From Ignavibacteriota bacterium (lineage in GTDB: Bacteria > Bacteroidota > Ignavibacteria > UBA10030): DNA of 64,000 nucleotides. This document shows, piece by piece, positions 19,475 to 30,332 of this stretch. The stretch spans positions 2,112,001 through 2,176,000 of the forward strand of contig OY969585.1 of assembly GCA_963701295.1 (NCBI GenBank). The letters run 5' to 3'. Under the pieces are notes generated by a model. The model saw only the letters and a program-made list of their open reading frames with translations. It had not been told where the DNA came from and made no database searches. The position numbers and the translations under genes were made by a program. Each line of letters begins with the position of its first letter. Positions within the stretch are counted from its first letter, which is position 1.

Positions 19475-20165
19475 TTGGAGGAGGTAAAAACATATTATCG
19501 TTGGCACTTGCCGTATTATCAACCAGAATTTGCGACATTTCATGTTGTTTTTCGTTTGGCAGGATCGCTACCAGCTCTTGCTATCGAAGAATTTAGGCAG
19601 GAGCAAGAGCAACTGAAGCGCGAAGCAAACAAAGTGAGAGATAAGCACATACAGCGAACGAAATCTGTACAACTTCAAAAATCATATTTTGAGCGATTCA
19701 ACGCTTTATTGGACATTGCATCAAGCGGACCAGTATGGCTTAAAGAGCCTAAAGTGGGGGCGATCGTTAAGGAAGCTATTCATCCACCGCGATGGTGAAC
19801 TGTACAACTTATTGGCATATTGTATTATGCCAAACCACGTTCATATGCTTTTTGAACCATTATCACGCAATGTAAGTCGACTCGCTGAGTCGACCAATGA
19901 GAAAAAAGGACGAGACAGCGTCTCGTCCTACATGGTTACAAAGATTATGGAGTCTTTGAAGAAGTACACAGCATTGAAAGCAAATAGAATTCTCCAAAGA
20001 TCATGTTCTTTCTGGCAGCATGAAAGTTATGATCATGTCATTCGAGATGGCGATGAACTTGAAAACACATTATGGTATATTCTATTCAATCCAGTAAAAG
20101 CAGGATTAGTTGATGTTTGGACAAAATGGAAATGGTCCTATTGCAAACCTGAGTTATTATTCTAA
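19475..20165 (+). mobile_element. REP-associated tyrosine transposase (RAYT, HUH/Y1), frameshifted
   Basis: YYRWHLP...TFHVVFRLAGSLP, then a +1 shift near 19784 (EAIH/HRDG), YCIMPNHVH (HUH), FWQHESYDHVIRD, YILFNPVKAGLV...WKWS. Confidence 0.88.
19872..19931. repeat. REP doublet inside the RAYT coding sequence
   Basis: GTAAGTCGACTCGCTGAGTCGACC (19872-19895) and GGACGAGACAGCGTCTCGTCCTAC (19908-19931). Both have perfect stems. Confidence 0.85.
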
Positions 20166-20185
20166 GTTGGCTCACTGAGTCGACC
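20162..20185 (+). repeat. Degenerate REP at the RAYT stop codon
   Basis: CTAAGTTGGCTCACTGAGTCGACC is a variant of the 19872 unit. Confidence 0.7.
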
Positions 20186-20199
20186 AACAGGATCATCAG

Positions 20200-21618
20200 A
20201 TGAATTCTCGTCGTCAACATATTATCACAATACTGATCGATATCCTCACTATCAATCTGGCATATCTGGCGTACTACGTTTTCCGTGTACGAAGCGGGTG
20301 GATTCCATACAGTATCGAGCCTGAACTTCTCCTGCCTATGATATTCATCTGTGCGTACTGGCTCATCTGGTTTAGTTTGTTCGGTCTTTACCGTTTATGG
20401 TACGAACAATCCCGCATCGATGAAATCCTTACGATTGTGCGATCAACAATTGTCGGCGCTTTAATTTTGTTCTTTCTCATCTTCCTGGATGATACTTCTA
20501 GTGAAACCATTGTCCAGTCGCGCCTTCTCATCCTTGGATATTGGATCACTTTAACATTTTTGATTATTACAGGCAGGTTAACACAGCGATTTGTTCAAAG
20601 GAAATTGCTCATCGCTGGAGTTGGGCTTCGTAATACCATAATCGTTGGTTGGTCAGATAAAGCTTTTAAACTGTGCGATATGGTTCTGAAGTATCCAGCA
20701 TTGGGGTATAAAGTTGTAGGATTTGTAAAAGCAGGAACGAAGATCGACAGCACACTGCGGGCAAAGGGAAACACTTATCAAAAAATTCCTATCTTGGGTT
20801 CCATTCAAGATGTATCTCAACTTATTAAGAAACATACAATTCATGAAGTTCTGATTGGACTCGACACAACAGAACACAGTCAATTAATAGAGATCATGCG
20901 CCAATGCGATTCTGTCGATATCGGCATGAAAATTATGCCTGATTTATATGATATCGTCAGCGGACAGGCGCGGATCAGTTCTCTCTATGGTTTACCGCTT
21001 ATGGATGTGCGCCCGCAGTTAATGAAGCCATGGGAGGAAGTGGCAAAGCGAGTACTCGATTTCCTGTTTTCACTGACAGTGCTTATCATCGGGTTTCCAT
21101 TGTGGATGCTCATAGCTCTTCTCATTAAAGTTGATTCAAGAGGGCCTATGTTCTATCGTCAAACGCGGGTTGGCAAGAACGGAAGACATTTTAGGATACT
21201 AAAATTCCGTTCTATGTGGACCGACGCAGAAAGACATTCTGGCCCTGTTTGGGCAGGGAAGAACGACCCTCGTGTGACACGGTTCGGCCGCCTTCTTCGA
21301 AAGACGCACCTTGATGAGTTTCCGCAGTTTGTCAACGTGCTTATAGGTGATATGAGTTTGGTGGGGCCACGACCTGAACGCCCATTCTTTGTGGACAAGA
21401 TTACAAAGGAAGTCCCGTTGTACAATCATCGCCATCGTGTAAGGCCCGGTATTACCGGCTGGGCACAGGTGAAACATAAATATGATGAGAATATGGAAGA
21501 CGTGCGGGCTAAGATCAAGTATGATCTCTTCTATATTGAAAACCTCTCATGGCGAATGGACCTCAAAATTCTTTTTAACACTTTCTATGTGATGATAGCC
21601 GGGAAAGGACATACATAA
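20200..21618 (+). CDS. Undecaprenyl-phosphate glycosyl-1-phosphate transferase (WcaJ/WbaP family)
   Basis: N-terminal TMs, [60 protein letters not shown]. Confidence 0.93.
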   Translation: MNSRRQHIITILIDILTINLAYLAYYVFRVRSGWIPYSIEPELLLPMIFICAYWLIWFSLFGLYRLWYEQSRIDEILTIVRSTIVGALILFFLIFLDDTSSETIVQSRLLILGYWITLTFLIITGRLTQRFVQRKLLIAGVGLRNTIIVGWSDKAFKLCDMVLKYPALGYKVVGFVKAGTKIDSTLRAKGNTYQKIPILGSIQDVSQLIKKHTIHEVLIGLDTTEHSQLIEIMRQCDSVDIGMKIMPDLYDIVSGQARISSLYGLPLMDVRPQLMKPWEEVAKRVLDFLFSLTVLIIGFPLWMLIALLIKVDSRGPMFYRQTRVGKNGRHFRILKFRSMWTDAERHSGPVWAGKNDPRVTRFGRLLRKTHLDEFPQFVNVLIGDMSLVGPRPERPFFVDKITKEVPLYNHRHRVRPGITGWAQVKHKYDENMEDVRAKIKYDLFYIENLSWRMDLKILFNTFYVMIAGKGHT

Positions 21619-21763
21619 TTGGAACAGATTGAATTCGGCAAATTGCGCGATGTGAAGTTTGAGAAAAGATTAAAAATATCTGTCAATATTTTGCTAAATT
21701 AAAGAATAAGTATACTACCGAACCCTGAAGGTCTGAAAGAAATGTATTTTAGAAGGTGATTCA

Positions 21764-22870
21764 GTGAAACCCATACATATGGTTGATGTCGTAGGTCAGT
21801 ATAAGAAGATTAAGAAGGAAATTGATGAAACTGCACTGAGAGTCATTGAATCAGGCCAGTACATTCTCGGTAAAGAAGTGTCCGAATTTGAGAACGAAAT
21901 TGCGCGATATCTCAGTGTGAAATATGCCGTTGGATGTGCATCTGGAACCGATGCATTGATGGTTGCGATGATGGCGCTTGGCATTCAACCAGGAGACGAG
22001 GTGGTAACGACACCGTTCACATTCGCTGCAACAACGGAAACGATAGTTTTGCTGGGTGCAAAGCCGATCTATGTTGACATCGATCCTGCCACATATAATC
22101 TAGATCCCTCAAAGCTAGAAGCGGTAATTACAAGGAACACAAAAGCAATTATTCCGGTGCACCTCTACGGCCAATCTGTGGATATGGAAGCATTGGTCCG
22201 TGTGGCAAACCATCATGGCATACCGATCGTAGAAGATATGTGCCAGGCTATCGGTGCAAAGTACAAAGGGAAAATGGTTGGCAGCATTGGTACGATGGGC
22301 TGTATCAGTTTCTTCCCAAGTAAAAATCTTGGCGCCTTCGGTGATGCCGGTATGGTAGTGACAAATGATGCCGTGTTGGCTGAAAAACTGCGGATGATCG
22401 TTGTGCACGGCTCGCGTGTACGGTATAAACATGAAATTATTGGAGTCAACAGCAGGTTAGATGCCCTGCAAGCTGCTCTCCTTCGTATAAAGTTGCAGTA
22501 CCTTGACGAATGGACTCATGCGCGGCGTTCGGCTGCTTTGGTGTATAATCGCTTGTTTGCAGATTCAGGTATTGAGATTCCATTTGAAGCATCATATGGA
22601 AAACATGTATTTCATCAGTACACCATTCGATTGAAGAATCGAGATAAGGTGTCATATGTTTTAAGTGAAAAGAAAGTCCCTCATGGTGTTTACTATCCCA
22701 TTCCTCTGCATTTGCAGGAAGCATATAGCATGGCAGGAAAACCCAAAGGAACATTTCCTGTGACCGAAAAAGCAGCGAATGAAGTGCTTTCACTGCCGAT
22801 GCATACGGAACTTGATGAAGAACAGCAGAAGTACATTGTCCAATCAGTAGTAGAAGCGATGAAGAATTAA
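21764..22870 (+). CDS. DegT/DnrJ/EryC1/StrS aminotransferase
   Basis: CASGTDAL, IIPVHLYGQ, SFFPSKNLGAFGDAG, NSRLDALQAA, LSLPMH. Confidence 0.93.
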   Translation: MKPIHMVDVVGQYKKIKKEIDETALRVIESGQYILGKEVSEFENEIARYLSVKYAVGCASGTDALMVAMMALGIQPGDEVVTTPFTFAATTETIVLLGAKPIYVDIDPATYNLDPSKLEAVITRNTKAIIPVHLYGQSVDMEALVRVANHHGIPIVEDMCQAIGAKYKGKMVGSIGTMGCISFFPSKNLGAFGDAGMVVTNDAVLAEKLRMIVVHGSRVRYKHEIIGVNSRLDALQAALLRIKLQYLDEWTHARRSAALVYNRLFADSGIEIPFEASYGKHVFHQYTIRLKNRDKVSYVLSEKKVPHGVYYPIPLHLQEAYSMAGKPKGTFPVTEKAANEVLSLPMHTELDEEQQKYIVQSVVEAMKN

Positions 22871-22882
22871 TTTGGTGGTTCT

Positions 22883-23605
22883 ATGAAACGTTCACTCATT
22901 ATTATTCCAACATACAATGAAGCCGATAATGTTTTAAAAATTATTCCCGAGGTACTGGCTCAGGATGAAGGATTTCATGTCCTTATCGTTGATGATAATT
23001 CACCGGATGGAACGGCGAATTTGGTCAAAGAGATGCAGAAGAGCAATCCACGAATTCATCTCCTTGAACGGCCGAGTAAGCGAGGTCTCGGAACGGCGTA
23101 TGTGGCAGGATTTAAATATGCTCTTTCCCATGAATATGATTATGCCTTCGAGATGGACGCCGATTTCTCGCATGATCCCAAATCACTGTTAAAACTTCTT
23201 GCGAAGATGGAGGAATGCGATCTCGTTATCGGTTCGAGGTACATATCAGGTGTGAACGTTGTGAATTGGCCTATGAGTCGATTGATCTTAAGCTATGCCG
23301 CAAATATGTACACACGATTCGTAACCGGTCTACCGGTACAAGATGCGACAGCCGGTTTTAAATGCTACCGCCGAGCTGTTTTGGAGAGCTTAAATCTCGA
23401 TGCGATTACATCGAATGGTTACAGCTTCCAAATTGAGACAAACTTCATGGCTTGGAAAAAGGGTTTCCGTGTGTGCGAAGTTCCTATCGTCTTCGTCGAT
23501 CGGCGAGCAGGTGTCTCAAAGATGTCGAAACATATCGTCTATGAAGCAGCGTGGATGGTATGGAAGTTGAAGTTTAGGCATCTCTTTTCAAAAGAAAGCC
23601 GCTGA
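22883..23605 (+). CDS. Polyprenol monophosphomannose synthase (GT2, Dpm1/Ppm1-like)
   Basis: IIPTYNEADN, VDDNSPDGT, GLGTAYVAGF, EMDADFSHDP, DATAGFKCYRR, GYSFQIE. Confidence 0.92.
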   Translation: MKRSLIIIPTYNEADNVLKIIPEVLAQDEGFHVLIVDDNSPDGTANLVKEMQKSNPRIHLLERPSKRGLGTAYVAGFKYALSHEYDYAFEMDADFSHDPKSLLKLLAKMEECDLVIGSRYISGVNVVNWPMSRLILSYAANMYTRFVTGLPVQDATAGFKCYRRAVLESLNLDAITSNGYSFQIETNFMAWKKGFRVCEVPIVFVDRRAGVSKMSKHIVYEAAWMVWKLKFRHLFSKESR

Positions 23606-23609
23606 ACGT

Positions 23610-25694
23610 ATGGCTGGATCACGCAGAAAAACACGCTTGCACACTAAAGCGTTTCGGCAAGCGAGTGTGCTGGATGTTTCGGTTATCATCGTTAACTATA
23701 ACGTCCGCGATTTTCTTCGTCAAGCGCTTGTATCAATTCAAAAAGCTCTGGAGGGAATCCGGTCGGAAATTGTAGTAGTTGACAATGCTTCAGATGACGG
23801 AAGCGTTGAAATGGTGCGTCGACAGTTTCCGCGTGTCAAGCTTATTTTAAATGCAGCTAACTTCGGATTTGCCAAAGCTAATAATATTGCTCTCAACGGG
23901 ACACACGGAAGGTTTCTCCTTCTTATTAATCCCGATACCATTGTACAGGAAGATACTATCCGTGTCATGGTTGATTTTCTAAAGAACCATCCCGAAGTCG
24001 GGCTTGCAGGATGTAAAATCCTTAATCCGGATGGCAGTATTGAACCTGCATGCCGGCGAAGTTTCCCCACACCTTGGGTTGCATTCTCAAAGATATTCGG
24101 TCTCAGCAAATTATTTCCAAAGACAAAGCTCTTTGGAAAATACAATCTTACATACTTGAGTATTGAGGAAACAAATCCGGTCGAAGCGGTGAGCGGTTCG
24201 TTTATGATGGTTCGGAAAGAAACGCTTGAACAGGTCGGTGGGTTAGATGAGAGTTTTTTTATGTACGGAGAGGATCTTGATTGGTGCTATCGTATTCATC
24301 AGGCAGGTTGGCAGATTTACTATGTGCATTCCACACAGATCATCCATTACAAAGGGGAGAGTACACGACGCAGTAGTATAGACGAAATTCATACTTTCTA
24401 CGAAGCAATGCACCTTTTTGTGGAAAAGCACGTCCGCTCTTCTTTCTTGTTCTCAATGGTTCTGAGAATGTCGATTGCACTTGTCTCTTTTGCCGCATTT
24501 CTGAATTCAATATTACGGCCATTAAAAATAGCTGTTCTCGATTTCTTGACAGTCACTATATGTCTTCTATTGGCAGAGGAAATCTGGAGAGGGGGAATAT
24601 TTCAATATCCAGCGTATGCGTATCCTGTTGTATTCAGTATTCCAGCGGTCATTGTCATCGGATGTTTATATGCAGCAGGAGTGTATACTCAGCGTCGTAT
24701 GTCCATCTCCCGTTCCATTGTGGCGACATTCTTTGCCTACATTTTAATTTCTGCCCTCACAGCGTTCTTTAGGAATTTTGCCTTCAGCAGGATGATCGTT
24801 GCAATCTCAGGGATTTTTGCGATGTTTCTTATTCCTGGATGGCGATTAATATTTCGGCTCCTTGGAAAAACAACGGCACATGGCAGAGGAACGTTGTTTG
24901 GCAAACGAACACTCATTGTTGGGACTGACAAGAACGCAATTGATCTACAGAGGAAATTGCGAACGAGAGTTGGTGAAGGATATGAAACTGTCGGGTTTGT
25001 AGGAACCACGCACAAGCATATTGGTGAAATGTTGAATGGTGTGCAAGTCCTTGGGAGTATCGATAATGTCGGGAAAATCATCAAAGAACAAAAAATTAGC
25101 GATGTTATCTTTGCACCGCAGGCACTGAGTTACATGCAGATACTTTCTGTTATCGGTAGAAGTCGCGAGCAGGCAGTTGCTTTCCACCTTGTTCCAACGA
25201 CCATGGAAGTAATTGTGGGAAAGGCGAGTGTGGACAGTCTTGAAAATCTGCCGCTTGTCCAAATCGCCTATAACATTGACAAGCCATTTCATCGCTTCAC
25301 AAAAAGAGTATTTGATCTTGTGTTTTCGGGATTGCTCTTGATAACTGTTTATCCTATTTTTCGATTGTCTTCTGCAAAAGAAGGAACGGAATCGAACGGT
25401 TTCCTTGTCGGATTGTCGCAAGTTTTCGGCGGAAGGATGAGTCTTGTTGGTCCACCTCTCAATGACCAGCGAGAGGAGAAACCCACGAGCGAGTCTTTAT
25501 TCCTTGGGAAACCAGGTCTCTGTGGTTTAGTCCAGCTTCAGCAAGACGGGACATTATCGGACGATGAGATTAATCAATACTATCTCTATTATGCACGTAA
25601 TCAGAGTGTTCTTCTTGATCTGGAGATTTTGATCAAGACATGGTTACGATTTCGCGATTGGCGAAAAAGAAGTAACGATAAAATGAGAGGATGA
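23610..25694 (+). CDS. GT2 glycosyltransferase fused to TM, CoA-binding-like and degenerate sugar-transferase domains
   Basis: [37 protein letters not shown]; four TMs; KRVFDL...MSLVG...KPGLCGL...YARNQS.LLDLEIL. Confidence 0.85.
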   Translation: MAGSRRKTRLHTKAFRQASVLDVSVIIVNYNVRDFLRQALVSIQKALEGIRSEIVVVDNASDDGSVEMVRRQFPRVKLILNAANFGFAKANNIALNGTHGRFLLLINPDTIVQEDTIRVMVDFLKNHPEVGLAGCKILNPDGSIEPACRRSFPTPWVAFSKIFGLSKLFPKTKLFGKYNLTYLSIEETNPVEAVSGSFMMVRKETLEQVGGLDESFFMYGEDLDWCYRIHQAGWQIYYVHSTQIIHYKGESTRRSSIDEIHTFYEAMHLFVEKHVRSSFLFSMVLRMSIALVSFAAFLNSILRPLKIAVLDFLTVTICLLLAEEIWRGGIFQYPAYAYPVVFSIPAVIVIGCLYAAGVYTQRRMSISRSIVATFFAYILISALTAFFRNFAFSRMIVAISGIFAMFLIPGWRLIFRLLGKTTAHGRGTLFGKRTLIVGTDKNAIDLQRKLRTRVGEGYETVGFVGTTHKHIGEMLNGVQVLGSIDNVGKIIKEQKISDVIFAPQALSYMQILSVIGRSREQAVAFHLVPTTMEVIVGKASVDSLENLPLVQIAYNIDKPFHRFTKRVFDLVFSGLLLITVYPIFRLSSAKEGTESNGFLVGLSQVFGGRMSLVGPPLNDQREEKPTSESLFLGKPGLCGLVQLQQDGTLSDDEINQYYLYYARNQSVLLDLEILIKTWLRFRDWRKRSNDKMRG

Positions 25695-25710
25695 CAAGGA
25701 GATATTGTCC

Positions 25711-26664
25711 ATGGCAAAAGTGATACTGGATTTTGAGCGGCCCATTATTGAGCTTGAACAGAAGATTGTGGAGATGCGGAAGTATGCCGACAATCTTGAC
25801 ATCGCGGATGAAATAGCGACGCTTGAGAATAAAGTGGATCAACTTCGCGAGAATGTCTATAACAATTTAACTCGCTGGCAGCGCGTTCAACTTGCCCGTC
25901 ATCCGGATCGGCCTTACACATTGGACTATATTCCATTGATAACAGAAGATTTTATTGAGTTACATGGTGATCGTCGATTTGGGGACGACAAAGCGATTGT
26001 TGCAGGTTTTTGTTCGATAAACAAAGAAACAGTACTTATTGTAGGACACCAAAAGGGAAGAGATACACGTTCTAACATCTACAGAAATTTTGGTATGCCC
26101 AATCCCGAGGGATATCGGAAGGCACTTCGGTTAATGCAGCTGGCAGTGAAATTCCAGAGGCCGATTATTTGTCTGCTTGACACGCCCGGCGCCTATCCTG
26201 GCATCGGAGCCGAGGAGCGCGGTCAAGGAGAAGCAATTGCGCGCAACCTATTTGAGATGTCTCATATTCCTGTCCCTATCATTATTGTTATCATTGGAGA
26301 AGGAGCATCCGGCGGTGCGTTGGGCATTGGAGTTGGGGATCGCATTTTAATGTTTGAAAATGCTTGGTATTCTGTCATTTCGCCAGAGTCCTGTTCAAGC
26401 ATTCTCTGGCGTAATTGGGAATACAAAGAGCAAGCAGCTGAAGCGCTAAAACTCACTGCACCTGATTTGCTTGAGCAAGGTGTTATTGATCGGATTATTC
26501 CAGAGCCGATGGGAGGCGCACACCGGAATCTGCAAATCATGGCGCAGACGCTTAAAAACACATTGCTGGAAGAATTGAAGGCGTTAAAGAAAATCAAACC
26601 TGATCGATTGGTTCAACTTCGCGTAGAAAAGTTTTCGAAGATGGGCGCATGGAAAGAGTCATAG
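25711..26664 (+). CDS. accA: Acetyl-CoA carboxylase carboxyltransferase alpha subunit
   Basis: [61 protein letters not shown]. Confidence 0.97.
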   Translation: MAKVILDFERPIIELEQKIVEMRKYADNLDIADEIATLENKVDQLRENVYNNLTRWQRVQLARHPDRPYTLDYIPLITEDFIELHGDRRFGDDKAIVAGFCSINKETVLIVGHQKGRDTRSNIYRNFGMPNPEGYRKALRLMQLAVKFQRPIICLLDTPGAYPGIGAEERGQGEAIARNLFEMSHIPVPIIIVIIGEGASGGALGIGVGDRILMFENAWYSVISPESCSSILWRNWEYKEQAAEALKLTAPDLLEQGVIDRIIPEPMGGAHRNLQIMAQTLKNTLLEELKALKKIKPDRLVQLRVEKFSKMGAWKES

Positions 26665-26748
26665 GAAAAGAAATTAAGAATTTGAAAATTTCTATTGAAG
26701 ATGATAAGTTGTTTGTTGTAAGCGAGAAATAAAAAAGGAAAAGGGGAG

Positions 26749-27186
26749 ATGATTCGCCATAAAGCAGAAATTCGAGTTCGGTATGCAGATACGGATCAAA
26801 TGAAAGTTGTATATCATGGCAAGTATCTTGAATATTTTGAAGTTGGACGGTCTGCTCTGATTCGTTCTCTTGGAATGCCATACTCGGAACTCGAAACTCG
26901 CGGTATTCTTCTGCCGGTCATTGAGGTATATGCGAAATATCGAAAACCTGCTCGATATGATGAACTTCTTTTAGTCGAGTCTTTTGTCAATGAAATACCT
27001 CAAGCAACTCTTAAGATAGAATATCGAATTTGCCGTGGAGACGAGAGCAATTCGCTCGTAGAAGGATATACTGTTCACAGTTTTCTCAACACCTCGACAG
27101 GTAAGCCGACACGCGCGCCGTCATATTTCGTTCAAATCTTGGAGAAGGCAATGACTCCTTTCATCGATTCCACAAGGCGCAATTGA
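26749..27186 (+). CDS. Acyl-CoA thioesterase (YbgC/4HBT family)
   Basis: RVRYADTDQM.VVYHG.YLEYFEVGR. Confidence 0.9.
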   Translation: MIRHKAEIRVRYADTDQMKVVYHGKYLEYFEVGRSALIRSLGMPYSELETRGILLPVIEVYAKYRKPARYDELLLVESFVNEIPQATLKIEYRICRGDESNSLVEGYTVHSFLNTSTGKPTRAPSYFVQILEKAMTPFIDSTRRN

Positions 27187-27223
27187 AATCGATGAGACTA
27201 GATTTGTCTATCATTCGCCGGTT

Positions 27224-28729
27224 ATGTTAGAAAAAATTCTTCGTCTCGGAAAAGAAACAGCCATCTATGGTCTCAGCACCATTGTCGGCAGAATGTTAAA
27301 CTTCCTTATTGTTCCGTTCTATGCGAATTTTCTCTTGCCAGCGGAAAATGGCGTTATTTCTAATATTTATGCTTACATCGCGTTTGCATTCATCCTCTTT
27401 TCTTACGGGATGGAACCGGCGTATATGCGGTTTGTTTCATCCCTCGAACTTGGTAACAAGAAACAGAATTTTAGTGTTCCGTTTCTATCACTTCTATTGA
27501 CGTCAGTATTCTTTGCGCTGGCAATTCATTTTAATTCTTCATCGCTTGCTTCCTTACTTGGTATGGAGCCATCGCACTATCAATTTATCCAATATGCGGG
27601 GTGGATTCTTTGCTTTGATGCGTTGACCGTCATACCGTTTGCTTCGCTGCGTATGGAACAAAAAGCAAAACGATTTGCATCATTAAAGCTCTTCAATATT
27701 ACATGTAATCTTCTTCTCAACCTCCTCCTAATTCTCGGTTTGGGAATGCATGCAGAAGGAGTCTTGCTTGCAAACCTGCTAGCATCTGGTCTCACATTCC
27801 TTGCGATGGTAGGGATGATACTTCGGCAGTTGACCTTCAATTTCCCTGCTTCATTATATAAAGAACTCCTTAAGTTTGGCATTCCGTATATTCCCGCCGG
27901 ACTTGCCGGGATTGCAATGCAAGTGATCGATAGGCCGATTGTCAAAGCGCTGACGAATGATGCAACACTGGGTATTTATCAACTTAATTATCGTCTTGGT
28001 ATTTTTATGATGCTTATTGTTGGCATGTTTGACTACGCATGGCGACCGTTTTTCCTCAATCACGCGAAAGATCCTGATGCGAAACCACTCTTTGCAAAAG
28101 TATTTACCTACTTTATCCTAGGGGCAATGACCATTTTCCTTACAGTGTCATTCTTTATCGAAGATATCATTCGGATGAAATTCTTCGGGAAACAATTCTT
28201 TCCACCCGTGTACTGGCAGGGTGTGCAAATTGTCCCTTGGGTGTTACTGGCGTATGTATTTACTGGAGCGTATGTGGTATTTGTTGTCGGTATCTATTTA
28301 GAAAAAAAGACGAAATACCTGCCGTTGGTCACCGGTGCAGGAGCTTTGTTGAATGTTGGCGCAAACTTTGTTTTAATTCCTATCATTGGAATTCTTGGCG
28401 CGGCACTTTCCACATTGCTGAGTTATATCGTTATGGCAGTAGGAATATACTTCGCTTCTCAGCGGTTTTATCGTATTGAGTATGAATGGGGGAAAGTGAT
28501 AAAGATTACCGGGTCAGCGATGGTGTTATTCGGCGTCTTCTTGTTATCTCATCTGGAGCCGCTTTCTTTCATCGGCGGCATTGTGAAAATTGTTCTTATT
28601 GGTGTATTTGGAGTTACACTGCTCATAACGAAGGTAATTGATTCAAAGGAAATTACAGAATTAAAAAGGATTATTCACAGGATATTTATGCCATCCTCCA
28701 GTTCAGAAAATTCAGAAGGATTGTCATAA
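27224..28729 (+). CDS. Polysaccharide biosynthesis flippase (Wzx-like)
   Basis: LGKETAIYGLST, multi-TM, IDRPI, LGIYQLNYRLG, YAWRPFF. Confidence 0.85.
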   Translation: MLEKILRLGKETAIYGLSTIVGRMLNFLIVPFYANFLLPAENGVISNIYAYIAFAFILFSYGMEPAYMRFVSSLELGNKKQNFSVPFLSLLLTSVFFALAIHFNSSSLASLLGMEPSHYQFIQYAGWILCFDALTVIPFASLRMEQKAKRFASLKLFNITCNLLLNLLLILGLGMHAEGVLLANLLASGLTFLAMVGMILRQLTFNFPASLYKELLKFGIPYIPAGLAGIAMQVIDRPIVKALTNDATLGIYQLNYRLGIFMMLIVGMFDYAWRPFFLNHAKDPDAKPLFAKVFTYFILGAMTIFLTVSFFIEDIIRMKFFGKQFFPPVYWQGVQIVPWVLLAYVFTGAYVVFVVGIYLEKKTKYLPLVTGAGALLNVGANFVLIPIIGILGAALSTLLSYIVMAVGIYFASQRFYRIEYEWGKVIKITGSAMVLFGVFLLSHLEPLSFIGGIVKIVLIGVFGVTLLITKVIDSKEITELKRIIHRIFMPSSSSENSEGLS

Positions 28730-28826
28730 TTCAATTCTTGATATGGTAAAATCTCTATTGTGGGGTTTGAACATTCAACGAAGGATTGTCTATCCATTCA
28801 TGGAATCATAAGGAATTAAAAAGTTG

Positions 28827-29927
28827 CTATTTACTCAAGAGAGGCAAAGTGATTGCCACCGTAGTTCCTTGACCTAATCCGCTTGTTATATCTATTTTTC
28901 CGTCGTGAATTTTTAATAAACGTTTTGCGATCATCAATCCCAATCCTAATCCTTGTTGTTCGTGTCGGTCACGGTCAAATTGCATAAAGGCATGAATTTT
29001 TTGTATTTGATCTTCGGACATTCCGCGGCCTTGGTCTTTTACGAGGATGAGACCTAATGTATTTTTGACTGCTGTAGAGATGCTCACGCTTGTTCCATCT
29101 GTGGAAAACTTAAATGCGTTTTCAATTATCTGACTCACTACTTGTTCAAAATATCTTTCAGAAATTGCAACAGACAAAGGAACAAGATTGAGCGTAAGAT
29201 CGGCAGAACGCTTATGAGAGAGTGCCAATTCCTCGGCAACACGTCGGATAACGAGATCGACATTCTTAATGCCAGTTTGACGCGAAGCAGACAATTTTGC
29301 ATTGTCATTTGGGAGAAGCAAGCATTGCGTGTGAATCCAAAATTTTTCTAAAGTTCGGTTCATCCTTACAGCCGAAGTGAATAATAACTCCGCAAGATCT
29401 TTTATATCGCTCGGGGTCATATCGACGGCTTGGACTTTCAGAAGTTCAGCTAATCCCATGATACCTGTCATTGGTGTTCGTAATTCATGTGGTAGCGCGC
29501 GGGTAATACTCTCACTGAGATCAGCGACAGCTTTTTGTGTCTCCTCTTTGTTTCGCGCAACTTCTTGTAAGCGTACCTGTACGGCTTTGATGAGATCCTC
29601 CATGTCAATGGGTTTCATAATGAAATCATTGGCGCCGAGATTCATTCCTTTGCGCAGATATACGCGGGGGTTTTCACCTGTCATGAAGATAAAAGGAATA
29701 TATGAAGTGGATTTGTGCTTTCGTAGTTCTTCCAATGTTTCAAATCCATTCATCCCTGGCATATTGATATCACAGAGAATGAGATCAGGAGCAGTCTCCA
29801 TTGCACGATCTAATCCTTGTTTTCCATCTGCTGCCTCTTCTATTTCATAGCCTGCGCCTTCAAGTGCCATCCCAACGATTAAGCGCATTTGGGGATCGTC
29901 TTCAATACACAATATTCGTTTTGCCAT
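28827..29927 (-). CDS. Hybrid response regulator / histidine kinase (REC-HisKA-HATPase)
   Basis: ILCIEDD, PDLILCDINMPGMNG, HELRTPMTGI, ENAFKFS, DQGRGM, GLGLGL. Confidence 0.92.
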   Translation of the reverse strand: MAKRILCIEDDPQMRLIVGMALEGAGYEIEEAADGKQGLDRAMETAPDLILCDINMPGMNGFETLEELRKHKSTSYIPFIFMTGENPRVYLRKGMNLGANDFIMKPIDMEDLIKAVQVRLQEVARNKEETQKAVADLSESITRALPHELRTPMTGIMGLAELLKVQAVDMTPSDIKDLAELLFTSAVRMNRTLEKFWIHTQCLLLPNDNAKLSASRQTGIKNVDLVIRRVAEELALSHKRSADLTLNLVPLSVAISERYFEQVVSQIIENAFKFSTDGTSVSISTAVKNTLGLILVKDQGRGMSEDQIQKIHAFMQFDRDRHEQQGLGLGLMIAKRLLKIHDGKIDITSGLGQGTTVAITLPLLSK

Positions 29928-30239
29928 TCGGATTTTTTCTTTATGATTTTAATCTTTTTCTGAGAATGTTAATAGCGGTATATTCTATATACAATCGGTT
30001 TTTCACCTTTTCTCATAGATAGAATATACACAGCAAATGTGCCAATAAAAAAGGGGTTATGAAGACTACTAATAGGAGAAGATTTAAGAATGGGTGTTGA
30101 GGATAAACCGCCGATATCAGAAGGCAAAAGTTTGAGGAAAAAGGCTGTTTGGAAAGGGAAAACTGCAGAGGATGAGAACTTTTTTGATTGAATTTAAAAA
30201 GTGCCGTATGTTTTCCCGTTGTATAGGGTTTTGTGTTTC

Positions 30240-30268
30240 TTGACTTTGCTGCCAAGTTTATGTATCTT
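30240..30268 (+). promoter_or_regulatory. Sigma70-like promoter of efp-accB-accC
   Basis: TTGACT-17bp-TATCTT about 65 bp upstream of efp. Confidence 0.55.
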
Positions 30269-30332
30269 TTGCACGCAAAATTGAAGAAAACACACTGTTT
30301 TTTATCAAGAATGGAAGATTTTGAGGCTATAA

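Noticed and set aside
19358-20185. Repeated 24-mers as a CRISPR array or integron attC sites
   Set aside because: Irregular spacing, inverted doublets, GTAG/GTAA heads and an adjacent RAYT fit REPs; no cas or intI gene.
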